A program made the translations under genes and the position numbers. A DNA stretch of 63,981 nucleotides, the filler included, from Caldilineae bacterium (GTDB lineage: Bacteria > Chloroflexota > Anaerolineae > DTLA01), in assembly GCA_037446815.1 (NCBI GenBank). It is 5 parts of 5 records of this genome, joined end to end, with 100 filler letters (N's around TTAATTAATTAA, not from the genome) between each part and the next. Parts side by side here need not be neighbours in the genome. Positions count along the whole stretch, not along the records: positions 39,771 to 52,655 come from JBBIHX010000073.1; 4 more parts are not named here. One strand, given 5' to 3'. The notes below the pieces were generated by a model. It had not been told where the DNA came from. It did not search any database and was given only the letters and a program-made list of their open reading frames with translations. The first letter of the stretch is position 1, and every line of letters begins with the position of its first letter. Positions 39,920 to 50,006 of this stretch are shown here, one piece after another.

Positions 39920-40678
39920 GTGCTTGAAATCCAGCACCTGACGAAAATCTACGAAGACGGTACGCGGGCACTCCATGACGTCAGTTTCACCGTAAGGGAT
40001 GGTGAATTCGTCATCCTCATCGGGCTCAGCGGTTCGGGCAAGTCCACGCTCTTGCGCTGCATCAACCGCCTGGTGGAGCCCACCAGCGGCAAAATCATCT
40101 GGAACGGCGTGGACATCACGGCGGCGTCCCCCAAGGAACTGCGGGAGATTCGCCGGAATATCGGCATGATCTTCCAGCAGTTCAACCTCGTGAAGCGGTC
40201 CTCTGTGATGACCAACGTCCTGTCGGGCCGCCTGGGGTATGTCAACACGTGGGCGAGCGTCATGGGCCAGTTCAGCAAGGCCGACCGCCAGCGCGCCATC
40301 GCCAGCCTGGAGCGCGTGGGCATTCCCGAGAAGGCGTACAACCGCGCCGACTCTCTCAGCGGCGGCCAGCAGCAGCGCGTTGGCATCGCCCGCGCCCTGA
40401 TGCAGGCGCCCAAACTCATGTTGGCCGATGAGCCCGTCGCGAGCCTGGACCCCGCCACCTCCCACTCGGTCCTCAAGTATTTGGAGCAACTCAACAAAGA
40501 AGATGGCATCACCGTCCTGTGTAGCCTCCACTTTCTCAGCCTGGCGCGCCGCTACGGATCGCGCATCATCGCCCTCAAGGCCGGCGAAATCGTCTTTGAC
40601 GGCCTGCCAAAGGACATTGACCACCGGCGCTTCCAGGAAATCTACGGCGAGGAAGCCATAGAAGTAGAGATCGCTTGA
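39920..40678 (+). CDS. phnC: phosphonate ABC ATPase (duplicate copy)
   Basis: same translation as 26889-27647. Confidence 0.9.
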   Translation: MLEIQHLTKIYEDGTRALHDVSFTVRDGEFVILIGLSGSGKSTLLRCINRLVEPTSGKIIWNGVDITAASPKELREIRRNIGMIFQQFNLVKRSSVMTNVLSGRLGYVNTWASVMGQFSKADRQRAIASLERVGIPEKAYNRADSLSGGQQQRVGIARALMQAPKLMLADEPVASLDPATSHSVLKYLEQLNKEDGITVLCSLHFLSLARRYGSRIIALKAGEIVFDGLPKDIDHRRFQEIYGEEAIEVEIA

Positions 40679-40706
40679 TGTCCATTCTCGCACAGGGAGA
40701 ACAACG

Positions 40707-42434
40707 ATGAGCGAAGAGCAGAACGAGGTCCTGCGACACGGGGATAAAGTCATCATCGCCCGCGGTGTCAGCCGCTTCAAGGTCGCCCGGCACCGCCTGA
40801 CAGGACTGTTTACGGATGTCCTGACGCTTTGCTATCTTTACGCATCCATTCGGCTTCTCATTCTCCAGTTGCCTCGCTACAAGGAGGCTGTGAAGGCCAG
40901 CACGGGCCAGCCGGTTCTCTATGTGCCGTGGGCCATCGTCATCTCCGCGGCCATTGTGGTGGCCCTGTTCTGGGGCAGCCTGGGGCGGTCGCTGGGCGGG
41001 CGCGTCGGCAGCATTGAGTACACCCGAAACGGCAGCAAGTCGGTGCCCATCCTCCGACGCCTGTTGCATGCCCTGCTGAACGTCATCGGCGCGGCGCCCG
41101 CGTACAGCGCCCTCTGGTGGCTCCACACCCACGACCCCCGCTACGAGTTGTGGACCTTGGCCGCGCTCCCGTTGCTTGTCCTGTTCCTGTGGGCATTCGT
41201 GGACCCCAAGGGCCGCACGCTGGTGGACCGCATCGCGGGGATTGAGGTCTCCCTGCCGGAGTACAAAGAGGTCGTGGACGTTCGCGTGCGCCCGCGCCCC
41301 TGGTACACCCGCTCGTGGGGCGTCGCGGCGCTGGCGATGCTCATCCTCTCGTACACCACCGGCTGGGTCATCACCAAGATTGACATCAACGCGCTCGTAA
41401 AGGACGCGCCCAGGGCCAAGCCGCTGTTCATTGACCTGGTTACCCCGGACCTGTTTGAGAAGACGCCTGTGGATCAGGTGGCCCGCGCCAAGTACCAGAT
41501 TCCCTGCTCCGGCACGCCGCCCGCCCCCGCCGAGGTGCAGCCGGGCAAGCCCAGCCTTATCATCACACGCGGCGGGACATGCGGCGAGCGCGGCGACCTT
41601 ATCGCGGTGCGCGGGGAAAACTTCGCGCCCAACTCCAAGGGGATCCTGTTCTGGGTAGATCCCATCGGCATGAAAGAGCGCATCCGCGGCATTCAGACCG
41701 ATGAGAACGGGGCCTTTGAATACACCTTCAACGTGCCCAACGCGCGCGGCGTAGATTACGAGATTCACGAGGTAGAGGCGGCGATTTCGGTCCCGTCGGG
41801 GCCGTGGCGGGCAACCATCACGCTCCGCATGGTCATTGACAAGATGATTGAGACCATCTTCCTGGCTCTGATGGCAACCACGCTCGGTGTCGTCATCTCC
41901 ATCCCCATCAGTTTCCTGAGCGCGCGCAACCTGATGATTCACAACCCGCTCAGCGCGACGGTGTACTACATCACGCGCACCATCATGAACATCATGCGCT
42001 CCATTGAGCCGCTCATCTGGGCCCTCATCTTCGTCGTGTGGGTGGGCATCGGGCCGTTCGCGGGCGTCTTGGCCCTCACCCTGCACACCGTCGCGGCCCT
42101 GGCCAAATTGTACTCCGAGGCCATTGAGAGCATAGACCCCGGCCCCATTGAGGCGGTTACGGCCACCGGCGCCGACCGCATCCAGACCATCGCCTACGCC
42201 GTTGTGCCCCAGATGATCCCGCCCTTCATCGCCTTCACCATCTACCGCTGGGACATCAACGTGCGCATGAGCACGGTCATCGGCCTGGTCGGCGGCGGCG
42301 GCATCGGCTTCCTGCTCATCCAGTGGATCAACCTGCTCCAGTACCGCCAGGCGGCCACGGCGGTCTGGGCCATCGCCCTGGTTGTGGCCATCATGGACTA
42401 CGCCAGCGCCATCGTGCGCGAGAAACTGGTTTGA
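40707..42434 (+). CDS. phnE: extended phosphonate ABC permease (duplicate copy)
   Basis: same translation as 27676-29403. Confidence 0.88.
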   Translation: MSEEQNEVLRHGDKVIIARGVSRFKVARHRLTGLFTDVLTLCYLYASIRLLILQLPRYKEAVKASTGQPVLYVPWAIVISAAIVVALFWGSLGRSLGGRVGSIEYTRNGSKSVPILRRLLHALLNVIGAAPAYSALWWLHTHDPRYELWTLAALPLLVLFLWAFVDPKGRTLVDRIAGIEVSLPEYKEVVDVRVRPRPWYTRSWGVAALAMLILSYTTGWVITKIDINALVKDAPRAKPLFIDLVTPDLFEKTPVDQVARAKYQIPCSGTPPAPAEVQPGKPSLIITRGGTCGERGDLIAVRGENFAPNSKGILFWVDPIGMKERIRGIQTDENGAFEYTFNVPNARGVDYEIHEVEAAISVPSGPWRATITLRMVIDKMIETIFLALMATTLGVVISIPISFLSARNLMIHNPLSATVYYITRTIMNIMRSIEPLIWALIFVVWVGIGPFAGVLALTLHTVAALAKLYSEAIESIDPGPIEAVTATGADRIQTIAYAVVPQMIPPFIAFTIYRWDINVRMSTVIGLVGGGGIGFLLIQWINLLQYRQAATAVWAIALVVAIMDYASAIVREKLV

Positions 42435-42471
42435 CGCCCGGACGTTCGTTTCAGACTCACGGAGGGGAACC

Positions 42472-42954
42472 ATGAAGTTATCTAGAGGCAAGTTGCCAGA
42501 ACCGTTGTCGGTCTGGATGCTGTTGCTGTGCGCTGTCCTGTTGGCGGCGCTTATCTACAGCAGCGTGGGTGGGGTCGGCGTGTCCGCGCTGTTCCAGTCC
42601 GTCATCTCGCCGCCCGGGCCCAGCCCCACCGACACGCCCGTCGTTACCGAAGAGCCGACGGTTGTCCGCACGCCCACGGTCATCATCGTAGAGCCGACGC
42701 CGTTCCCGACATCGGCGGAGTTGCCGCCTCCGTTGCCGACGTCGCCGGGGCAGCCCACGCTCCCGCCGCCCCCACCGCCTCCGCAGGAGCAGCCGACGTT
42801 TACGCCCGTGCCTCCGGTGCCCATCCCGACGGTCGCGCCGCAGCCAACGTCGGGCGGTCCCGCGCCCATTCTCTGGATCATCGTCGGGCTGGTCATCGTC
42901 GGGCTGTTCGTGGTCATCGCCATCTCGCCCAAGAAGCCGAAACCGGAAGAGTAA
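42472..42954 (+). CDS. Pro-rich membrane protein (duplicate copy)
   Basis: same translation as 29441-29923. Confidence 0.7.
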   Translation: MKLSRGKLPEPLSVWMLLLCAVLLAALIYSSVGGVGVSALFQSVISPPGPSPTDTPVVTEEPTVVRTPTVIIVEPTPFPTSAELPPPLPTSPGQPTLPPPPPPPQEQPTFTPVPPVPIPTVAPQPTSGGPAPILWIIVGLVIVGLFVVIAISPKKPKPEE

Positions 42955-43032
42955 CCCGAATTGCGCCTTGAGCCTGCATTTCCGAGCGCGCCCCTTCCCA
43001 AAGGCGCGCTCTTGTTCTTGTAGGGTAGCGCC

Positions 43033-44532
43033 ATGAAGCGAATCGTCTCCCTCCCGCGCGACAATCGGCTCTTGCTGACCGCCTTGACCGTGGCGGCGCT
43101 GGCCGTGCGCCTAGCGCGCATCGGGTTCCAGAGCCTGTGGCGCGACGAGGCGGACGCCATCCGCTTCGCCACTCAGCCGCTGGGCGATTTGCTGCGCATG
43201 TTCGTTACCCCCGGCGAAAACGGCCCCCTGTACTTCTTGGCGCTGCGCCCGTGGCTGGCCCTCTTCGGGGAAAGCGAGGCCGCGCTGCGCTCGTTCTCGG
43301 CGGTGGCGGGCGCGGCGCTCGTCCCGCTGATGTTCTGGCTAGGCGCGCGGCTGTTCGGGCGGCGGGCGGGCTGGATTGCCGCAATCCTGACCGCCATCTG
43401 CCCCTACGCCGTGTGGTACTCACAAGAGGGCAAGATGTACGCCTGGGTTGCGCTCCTGGCGGCGGGCGGTTTCGTGCTGCTGTGGTGGGGACTGGAAGGC
43501 GGCCCCCGATGGGCCTGGGCAGGGTACGTGCTCGTCACCGCCATCTCGCCCTTCGTCCACTACCTAACGGCGCTCCTCATCCCCACCTTCGCGCTCGTCT
43601 TCCTTGCGGGATGGCGGCGGTGGAAATCCCGATGGAAGGCCTACGGGGCAAGCCTGGCCCTCATCTTCCTGCCCTATCTGACGTTTGCCGCATGGCAGGT
43701 GCCCGCGCTCCTGTCCGGCTTCCGCACCGGCCACCCCTTCGTGCCGTTCCCCCAGGCGCTGGCGAGCGTCCTGTTCGGCTTCAGCGAAGGGGTGCGGCCC
43801 GCCGCCACGTTCTGGGCGCTGGTGCCGTTCCTGCTCTGTCTGCTGGCGGCGTGGGGGCTGGGCGGTGCACCCGCGGCTGGCGCGAACGAACGCGGACTGG
43901 AAAAGCCATCAGAAACGATTCGCGTCCATTCGCGTTATTCGCGGTCAGTCTCTGTCTCGGCGTGCACCATCTGGTGGGCCGCGCCGTTCCTTCTGCTGTT
44001 CGGCATTTCGCTCCTGTCGCCCCTGTTCGTGGAACGGTACCTCATCACCACGCTGCCCGCGTTCCTGCTGCTCGTGGCCGCCGGGCTGGACAATCTCCTG
44101 CGCCGCGCCCGCTGGCTGGGGCTCGCCACCGCTGCCGCGGTTATCGCCCTATCCGCGCGCGGCCTGTGGGTGCAGGCCACCGTCCCCATCAAGCCCGACA
44201 TGCGCGCCGCCGCGCAGTACGTCTGCCCGCGCCTGGCGTCCGGCGACGCGGTCGTGTTCCTCATCCCCCACGTGGAGCCGGTGTTCGCCTACTACTGCGC
44301 ACGCGCCTACGAGGGCATCCCGGCGCCCTATGCCAATGCCGGGCAGGACGCCGACGCCATCGCCCGCGCCCTGGGCCGGGCCTTGCAGGACAAGCGAACG
44401 GTCTGGCTTGTGGAGTCGGAGGCGCACCTGTGGGACGCGCGCGGCTTGGTGCGCAGCGCGCTGGCGGCGGGCCGAACGCAGACGGACGAGCGCGCGTTCA
44501 CGCTGGTGCGAGTTGCGGCGTATGGGCAGTAG
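43033..44532 (+). CDS. GT-C glycosyltransferase (duplicate copy)
   Basis: same translation as 30002-31501. Confidence 0.88.
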   Translation: MKRIVSLPRDNRLLLTALTVAALAVRLARIGFQSLWRDEADAIRFATQPLGDLLRMFVTPGENGPLYFLALRPWLALFGESEAALRSFSAVAGAALVPLMFWLGARLFGRRAGWIAAILTAICPYAVWYSQEGKMYAWVALLAAGGFVLLWWGLEGGPRWAWAGYVLVTAISPFVHYLTALLIPTFALVFLAGWRRWKSRWKAYGASLALIFLPYLTFAAWQVPALLSGFRTGHPFVPFPQALASVLFGFSEGVRPAATFWALVPFLLCLLAAWGLGGAPAAGANERGLEKPSETIRVHSRYSRSVSVSACTIWWAAPFLLLFGISLLSPLFVERYLITTLPAFLLLVAAGLDNLLRRARWLGLATAAAVIALSARGLWVQATVPIKPDMRAAAQYVCPRLASGDAVVFLIPHVEPVFAYYCARAYEGIPAPYANAGQDADAIARALGRALQDKRTVWLVESEAHLWDARGLVRSALAAGRTQTDERAFTLVRVAAYGQ

Positions 44533-44634
44533 CGCGCACCATTGGGGGTGAACCGGGGTTGTATCAGATGTCCCAGCGCCGCGCCAACAGATGCGCACAG
44601 CGCTTGCGCATCGGGGGCGCATAAGGAGGTGCAC

Positions 44635-46257
44635 ATGAGGAAACCAGCCATCCTTGCCCTCGCCGCCCTCTCGCTCCTGCTCATCGGATGTGTCCCGCCC
44701 GCGCGGAGGGCCACGCAGACCCCGCGCGCTACGGCAACTGCGCCCACGGTTGCGCCGTCGGCCACCCCCACGCCGATTGCCCCTGCCTTCGCCTTTGGCG
44801 TGGAGTACATGCTCCCTGGCAGGCTGGCCGCAGTCTATTCGGAACTGGGCGCGAAGTGGGTGCGCTCCGACACCGGCAGGCAGTTCTCCTGGGGCACCAT
44901 TGAGCCAAAGGCCCCCACCGCCGACGGCAAGCACACGTACCAGTGGGCCGACACCGACAAGGTCGTCGCCGAATGGCAAAACGCCGGCTTCCGCATCCAG
45001 GCATACACCAACGCGAACAACGCCTGGGCATCGTCCACGCGCCTTCACCACGTCCCGAACCCGGAATACATGGATGACTACGAGGAATTCGTCTTCAACC
45101 TGGTGGAGCGGTACGATGGGGATGGCGATCGCGACATGCCCGGCCTCAAATCGCCCATCCTCCACTACACCGTCGTGGAAGAGTGGACAGGCTACTTTGA
45201 AGGGACGGTGGACGATTATCTGCGGATACTGACCGCCGCCCACCGCGCCATCAAGCGGGCCAACCCGCAGGCGATGGTGGGCCTGGTGGATTTCTTCCTC
45301 ATAGACGTGTTTGACGGCAACCCTTCGCCCGAGGAGGTTGAGCGCCGCGCGGCCAAGGATCATCCCCTCCGCCATCCCATGAGTGAGGTGCGCGAACTCC
45401 TCCGCCACCCCGACCTGTTTGACATCGTGGAGATTCACGCCTTGGGCGACTACACCGAACTGTATGCGACCGCCCAATGGCTGCGCGCCGAGATGCGGAA
45501 GAACGGCTACGACAAGCCCATCTGGATCGGCGACGCGCTGCCTGTTTCGTCTCTGCTCATCCCCCGCGGCCCGCGCGCGTTGCTGCCCGGAGCAACCGAC
45601 GCCGATTACGAGACGGCAAGGCCCATCCGACCCCAGGATGCCATCCGCACCGTGGGCTGGCTGGAGGCGATCACCAACCCCAAGTCCCCACAGCACGACG
45701 TAGCCCAGCGTTGGTGGCGCGCCGTCCAGGCCCGCGAGGTCGCGAAGAAGGTGGTGGTCGCCATCCATGCGGGGTACGCGGGGATGAACCTCGCGTGGCT
45801 GGTGGAAAGCCCCCTGACCCAGACGCCGCGCGTCACCGGCAGTTGGGGCTACCAGGGCATGGTGGACGCCGCGTTCAACTTCGTCAAACAGGTATGGGAG
45901 ACTCGGTCGCCCTACCCCGCCTTCTACACGTACCAACTTGCCATCCGCAAACTGGACGGCTACACCGCCGTTGAGCGCATGGACCTGGGCGATGACGTTT
46001 ACGCCTACCGCTTCGTGGTGGGCGGCGCGCCGGTGTACGTCCTGTGGCGCGAGCCGGGGCGCCTGTACTTCCCCGACGAGGCCGAACCCGGACCGGCCCC
46101 GGTCAGCATGCCGTTTGACGCCCCGCAGGCGCGGGTAACGCATGTCATCACCGAGGTCGGGCAGACGGAACCGCAGACCGAGACAATCCACGCGCAGGGC
46201 GGCGTGCTGACTCTTACGCTGGGCGCCAGCCCCGTGTTTGTGGAAGCGCGGCCGTAG
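44635..46257 (+). CDS. putative glycoside hydrolase lipoprotein (duplicate copy)
   Basis: same translation as 31604-33226. Confidence 0.7.
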   Translation: MRKPAILALAALSLLLIGCVPPARRATQTPRATATAPTVAPSATPTPIAPAFAFGVEYMLPGRLAAVYSELGAKWVRSDTGRQFSWGTIEPKAPTADGKHTYQWADTDKVVAEWQNAGFRIQAYTNANNAWASSTRLHHVPNPEYMDDYEEFVFNLVERYDGDGDRDMPGLKSPILHYTVVEEWTGYFEGTVDDYLRILTAAHRAIKRANPQAMVGLVDFFLIDVFDGNPSPEEVERRAAKDHPLRHPMSEVRELLRHPDLFDIVEIHALGDYTELYATAQWLRAEMRKNGYDKPIWIGDALPVSSLLIPRGPRALLPGATDADYETARPIRPQDAIRTVGWLEAITNPKSPQHDVAQRWWRAVQAREVAKKVVVAIHAGYAGMNLAWLVESPLTQTPRVTGSWGYQGMVDAAFNFVKQVWETRSPYPAFYTYQLAIRKLDGYTAVERMDLGDDVYAYRFVVGGAPVYVLWREPGRLYFPDEAEPGPAPVSMPFDAPQARVTHVITEVGQTEPQTETIHAQGGVLTLTLGASPVFVEARP

Positions 46258-46316
46258 AAAAGGCCGGGGGTTGCCCGGCCTTTCTCCGATACCCGGGGGG
46301 AGCCTTCGCGGGATGC

Positions 46317-49100
46317 TTACTTCACCACGATGCTCACCAGCCGCCCGGGCGCGTAGATGACCTTCAGGATTTGCTTGCCGGTGGTGTGGCGGCGCACACC
46401 CTCGGCGGCGAGGGCGGCCTGGCGCACGTCCTCTTCCGTCGCGTCCGCCGACACGGTGATGCGATCGCGCACCTTGCCGTTGACCTGCACCGCCAGGGTG
46501 ATCATCTCCTCGCGCGCGATGTCCTCATCCCACTGGGGCCACGGCTGCTGGTGCACGCTGTAGGGCTGGCCGATGCGCTCCCACAGTTCCTCGGCCACGT
46601 GCGGGCAGGCCGGCGCCAGCAACAGCACCATGGTACGAATCGCCTCGTTCCACGCCTCTGACCCGTATAGCGCCGTCTCCTTCGCCTTCACCAGCGCGTT
46701 CAGGAACTCCATCAGGTTGGCGATGTACGTGTTGAAGGCGAGCGCCTCCATGTCCTCCGTCGCGCGGCGAATCGTCTGGTGCGTCTTGCGGCGCAGGCCG
46801 CGCACCTCGGGCTCCGTCGGCTGACCCGTGGCGGCGCGGGCCGGCGGCGTCAGCACGCAGTCCCACACGCGGTACAGGAATCGCGACACGCCTTCAATCC
46901 CCTGGCTATCCCACGGGCCGCCCTGCTCCCAGCGGTACCCGAACATCAGGTACGCGCGCACCGTATCCGCGCCGTACTTCGCCACCTGCTCGTCGGGCGA
47001 CACCACGTTGCCGCGGCTCTTGGACATCTTCTCGCGGTCCTCGCCCAAGATCATGCCCTGGTTGCGCAGGCGCAGCATCGGCTCGTCAAAGTTCACCAGC
47101 CCCATATCCCGCATGACCTTGGTGAAGAAACGCGTGTAGATGAGGTGCATGGTCGCGTGCTCAATCCCGCCCGTGTACAAATCCACCGGCAGCCAGTACT
47201 TGCCCTCCTCGGGGTCAAAGGGCTGATCGCCCTCGTAGTACGGGCTGAGGTAGGCGTACTGGTACCACGACGAGCACAGGAACGTGTCCATGGTGTCGGT
47301 CTCGCGCTCGGCAGGGCCGCCGCACTTGGGGCACGTCGTGTAGCGGAACCCCGCGTGGTACTTCAGCGGGCTCTCGCCGGTGGGCAGGAACTCCGCATCC
47401 TCCGGCAGGAGCACCGGCAGGTCCTCGTAGGGCACCGGCACCGTCCCGCACTTCTCGCAATAGACAATGGGGATGGGCGCGCCCCAGTACCGCTGGCGGC
47501 TGATGAGCCAGTCACGCAGTTTGTACTTGACGGCGTACTTGCCGAGACCTTGCGCCTCAAGCCAGGCGGTAACTTTCTTCACGGCCTCGTCCCCCGGCGT
47601 GCCGGTGAACGGCCCGGAGTTGATCATCGTCCCGTACTCGGCGTGGAACAGGATGTCGCGGTAGAACTCCTCGCGCCACAGCATCTCCATGACGGTGCGC
47701 GCCGCGTTCGTCGCGGGGTCCAGCGCCCGGCAGCGGGCCAGAATCTCGCGGTCGGCTTGCTCGGAGTCCAACTCGCGCACCCCATCGGCGAAGATGAAGG
47801 CCCAACGCGCGCCGACTACCTCCACCCACGCATCGGGGCGGACATGCGCGCGCGCCGCCGCGACGAACGCCGCTACCTGCTCGGCCCCCTGGAGCGCGAC
47901 GCGCCACGAATTGCCGTCGTCCTCCGGCGCGATGCCGGCAGCGGCCAACGCCTCGGCGAACCCGTCGTTCACGGCGGTGCGCCGCACCCGCGACTTGGCC
48001 TTGCCGTCGGTGCGGTCAATGACCGGAATGATGGGCAGGCCGAACTTCAGCGCGAACTGGAAGTCGCGCTCGTCATGCGACGGCACCCCCATGATGGCCC
48101 CCGTCCCGTAGGTCATCATCACGTAGTCGGCGATCCAGATGGGAATGCGCGCGCCGTTGACCGGATTCACCGCGTAGGCCCCGATGAACACGCCGGTCTT
48201 CTCCTTGTCCGTGGCAAGGCGCGCCACCTCGGTCTGGCGGCTGGCCTCGGCCACGTAGGCCTCCACCGCAGGGCGATATTCCGACGGCGTCAACTTGTCC
48301 ACCAGCGGGTGCTCGGGCGCCAGCACCATAAACGTAGCGCCCCACAGCGTGTCGGGCCGCGTGGTGAACACCACAATCGGGTCGCCCGCCTCGCTGCGGA
48401 AGGTAACCTCGGCCCCCTCGCTCCGCCCAATCCAGTTCGTCTGCATCGTGCGCACCCGCTCGGGCCAGTCAATCTTGGAGAAATCCAGCAGTTCGTCGGC
48501 GTAGGCTGTCGTGCGGAAGAACCACTGGTTCAGTTCCCTGCGGATGACGGGCGTGCCGCACCGTTCGCAGTGGCGATCTTCGCCCCACACCTGCTCGCGG
48601 GCCAGCGTCGTGTTGCACGTCGGGCAGAAGTCCACGGGCGCGAAGGCGCGGTACGCCATCCCCATTTCGTAGAACTTCAGGAAGAACCACTGCGTCCATT
48701 TGTAGTAGCCAGGGAGGCACGAGATGGCTTCCCGTTCCCAGTCAAACATGGCGCCCATGCTCTTCAGTTGGCGGCGCATCTTCTCTATGTTCGCCATGGT
48801 CCACTTGAACGGATGGATGCCGTGCTTGATGGCCGCGTTTTCGGCGGGCAGGCCGAAGGCGTCAAACCCCATGGGGAACAGGACGTTGTAGCCCCGCATG
48901 CGCATGTAGCGGGCGTGGGCGTCCGACGGCGCCATGGCGTACCAGTGCCCGATGTGCAGGTCGCCCGACGGGTAGGGGAGCATCGTCAGGGCGTAGTGCT
49001 TGGGCCGCGTGGGGTCAACCCTGGACCGGTACAGTTGGTCCTTCTCCCATCGCGCCTGCCATTTTGGCTCAATCTCTTGCGGCACGTACTTGTCTGCCAT
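46317..49100 (-). CDS. leuS: leucine--tRNA ligase (duplicate copy)
   Basis: same translation as 33286-36069. Confidence 0.97.
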   Translation of the reverse strand: MADKYVPQEIEPKWQARWEKDQLYRSRVDPTRPKHYALTMLPYPSGDLHIGHWYAMAPSDAHARYMRMRGYNVLFPMGFDAFGLPAENAAIKHGIHPFKWTMANIEKMRRQLKSMGAMFDWEREAISCLPGYYKWTQWFFLKFYEMGMAYRAFAPVDFCPTCNTTLAREQVWGEDRHCERCGTPVIRRELNQWFFRTTAYADELLDFSKIDWPERVRTMQTNWIGRSEGAEVTFRSEAGDPIVVFTTRPDTLWGATFMVLAPEHPLVDKLTPSEYRPAVEAYVAEASRQTEVARLATDKEKTGVFIGAYAVNPVNGARIPIWIADYVMMTYGTGAIMGVPSHDERDFQFALKFGLPIIPVIDRTDGKAKSRVRRTAVNDGFAEALAAAGIAPEDDGNSWRVALQGAEQVAAFVAAARAHVRPDAWVEVVGARWAFIFADGVRELDSEQADREILARCRALDPATNAARTVMEMLWREEFYRDILFHAEYGTMINSGPFTGTPGDEAVKKVTAWLEAQGLGKYAVKYKLRDWLISRQRYWGAPIPIVYCEKCGTVPVPYEDLPVLLPEDAEFLPTGESPLKYHAGFRYTTCPKCGGPAERETDTMDTFLCSSWYQYAYLSPYYEGDQPFDPEEGKYWLPVDLYTGGIEHATMHLIYTRFFTKVMRDMGLVNFDEPMLRLRNQGMILGEDREKMSKSRGNVVSPDEQVAKYGADTVRAYLMFGYRWEQGGPWDSQGIEGVSRFLYRVWDCVLTPPARAATGQPTEPEVRGLRRKTHQTIRRATEDMEALAFNTYIANLMEFLNALVKAKETALYGSEAWNEAIRTMVLLLAPACPHVAEELWERIGQPYSVHQQPWPQWDEDIAREEMITLAVQVNGKVRDRITVSADATEEDVRQAALAAEGVRRHTTGKQILKVIYAPGRLVSIVVK

Positions 49101-49209
49101 CTTCTTCTCCTCTCCTCGTGGTACTGCCACCGTGCCCCGCGGGGTACCGCATCCGCCGCGACGTGTTCAGGTGCAGCGCAACTCCGCAGCCCATCGCGCC
49201 TGCGGCTCC

Positions 49210-49541
49210 AAAACAAAACTCCCCCGTCCAGGGACGGAGGAGTTCCGCGGTACCACCCTGCTTGGCCAGGTTTTCGTGGTAGGGTGAAGGTGGAGCTGAG
49301 GGGACTTGAACCCCTGACCCCTTGTCTGCCAGACAAGTGCTCTCCCACTGAGCTACAGCCCCGTGCGTGTCCTGGCCCACTCTGCGGCGGGTAACGTCCG
49401 CCAGTCGTCGGCGACTACTCCAATTCGCCGCCGCGGCTCCCAGGCGAGTTCGGCCTCGTGCGCTCCCCGTCGGCGCGACGGCGGGCTCGCACCCGGTGCC
49501 CGCCTCTCTGCAGGGATGGCCTACTACTCCTGTTCAGCGCC
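49210..49541 (-). ncRNA. Leu T-box riboswitch (duplicate copy)
   Basis: matches 36179-36510. Confidence 0.9.
49289..49362 (-). tRNA. tRNA-Ala(GGC) nested in the T-box (duplicate copy)
   Basis: matches 36258-36331. Confidence 0.92.
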
Positions 49542-49553
49542 TTTCCCTATGCG

Positions 49554-49631
<78 letters not shown>

Positions 49632-50006
49632 ATCGTATCGCTAGTATATGCGATGCGGGCGGGATTGTCAATTTGCGCCGCCCTGCGAGTCGGTTTCATC
49701 TTGTGTTGGTCTGCCCCGCGCGCTGACTCCCCGCTCTGTCATGCTGAGCCGAAGGCGAAGCATCTCGGTCAGCGAGATTCTTCGCGGCTTCGCCGCTCAG
49801 AATGACAGTTGGGGGCGGGGTCGCGCGGGGCTAAAGCCGCCGCGCTGAGGGGGCACGGGAGGCCCGGCCCAGTCCTGTCACCCTGAGCGAAGCGAAGGGT
49901 CTCGGCTTGCGAGATTCTTCGCGGCTTCGCCGCTCAGAATGACAGTTGGGAGGGGCCGCACAGCGCCCGTTTGACATCCGCGCCGCCCGCCCGCATAATC
50001 GGCAGC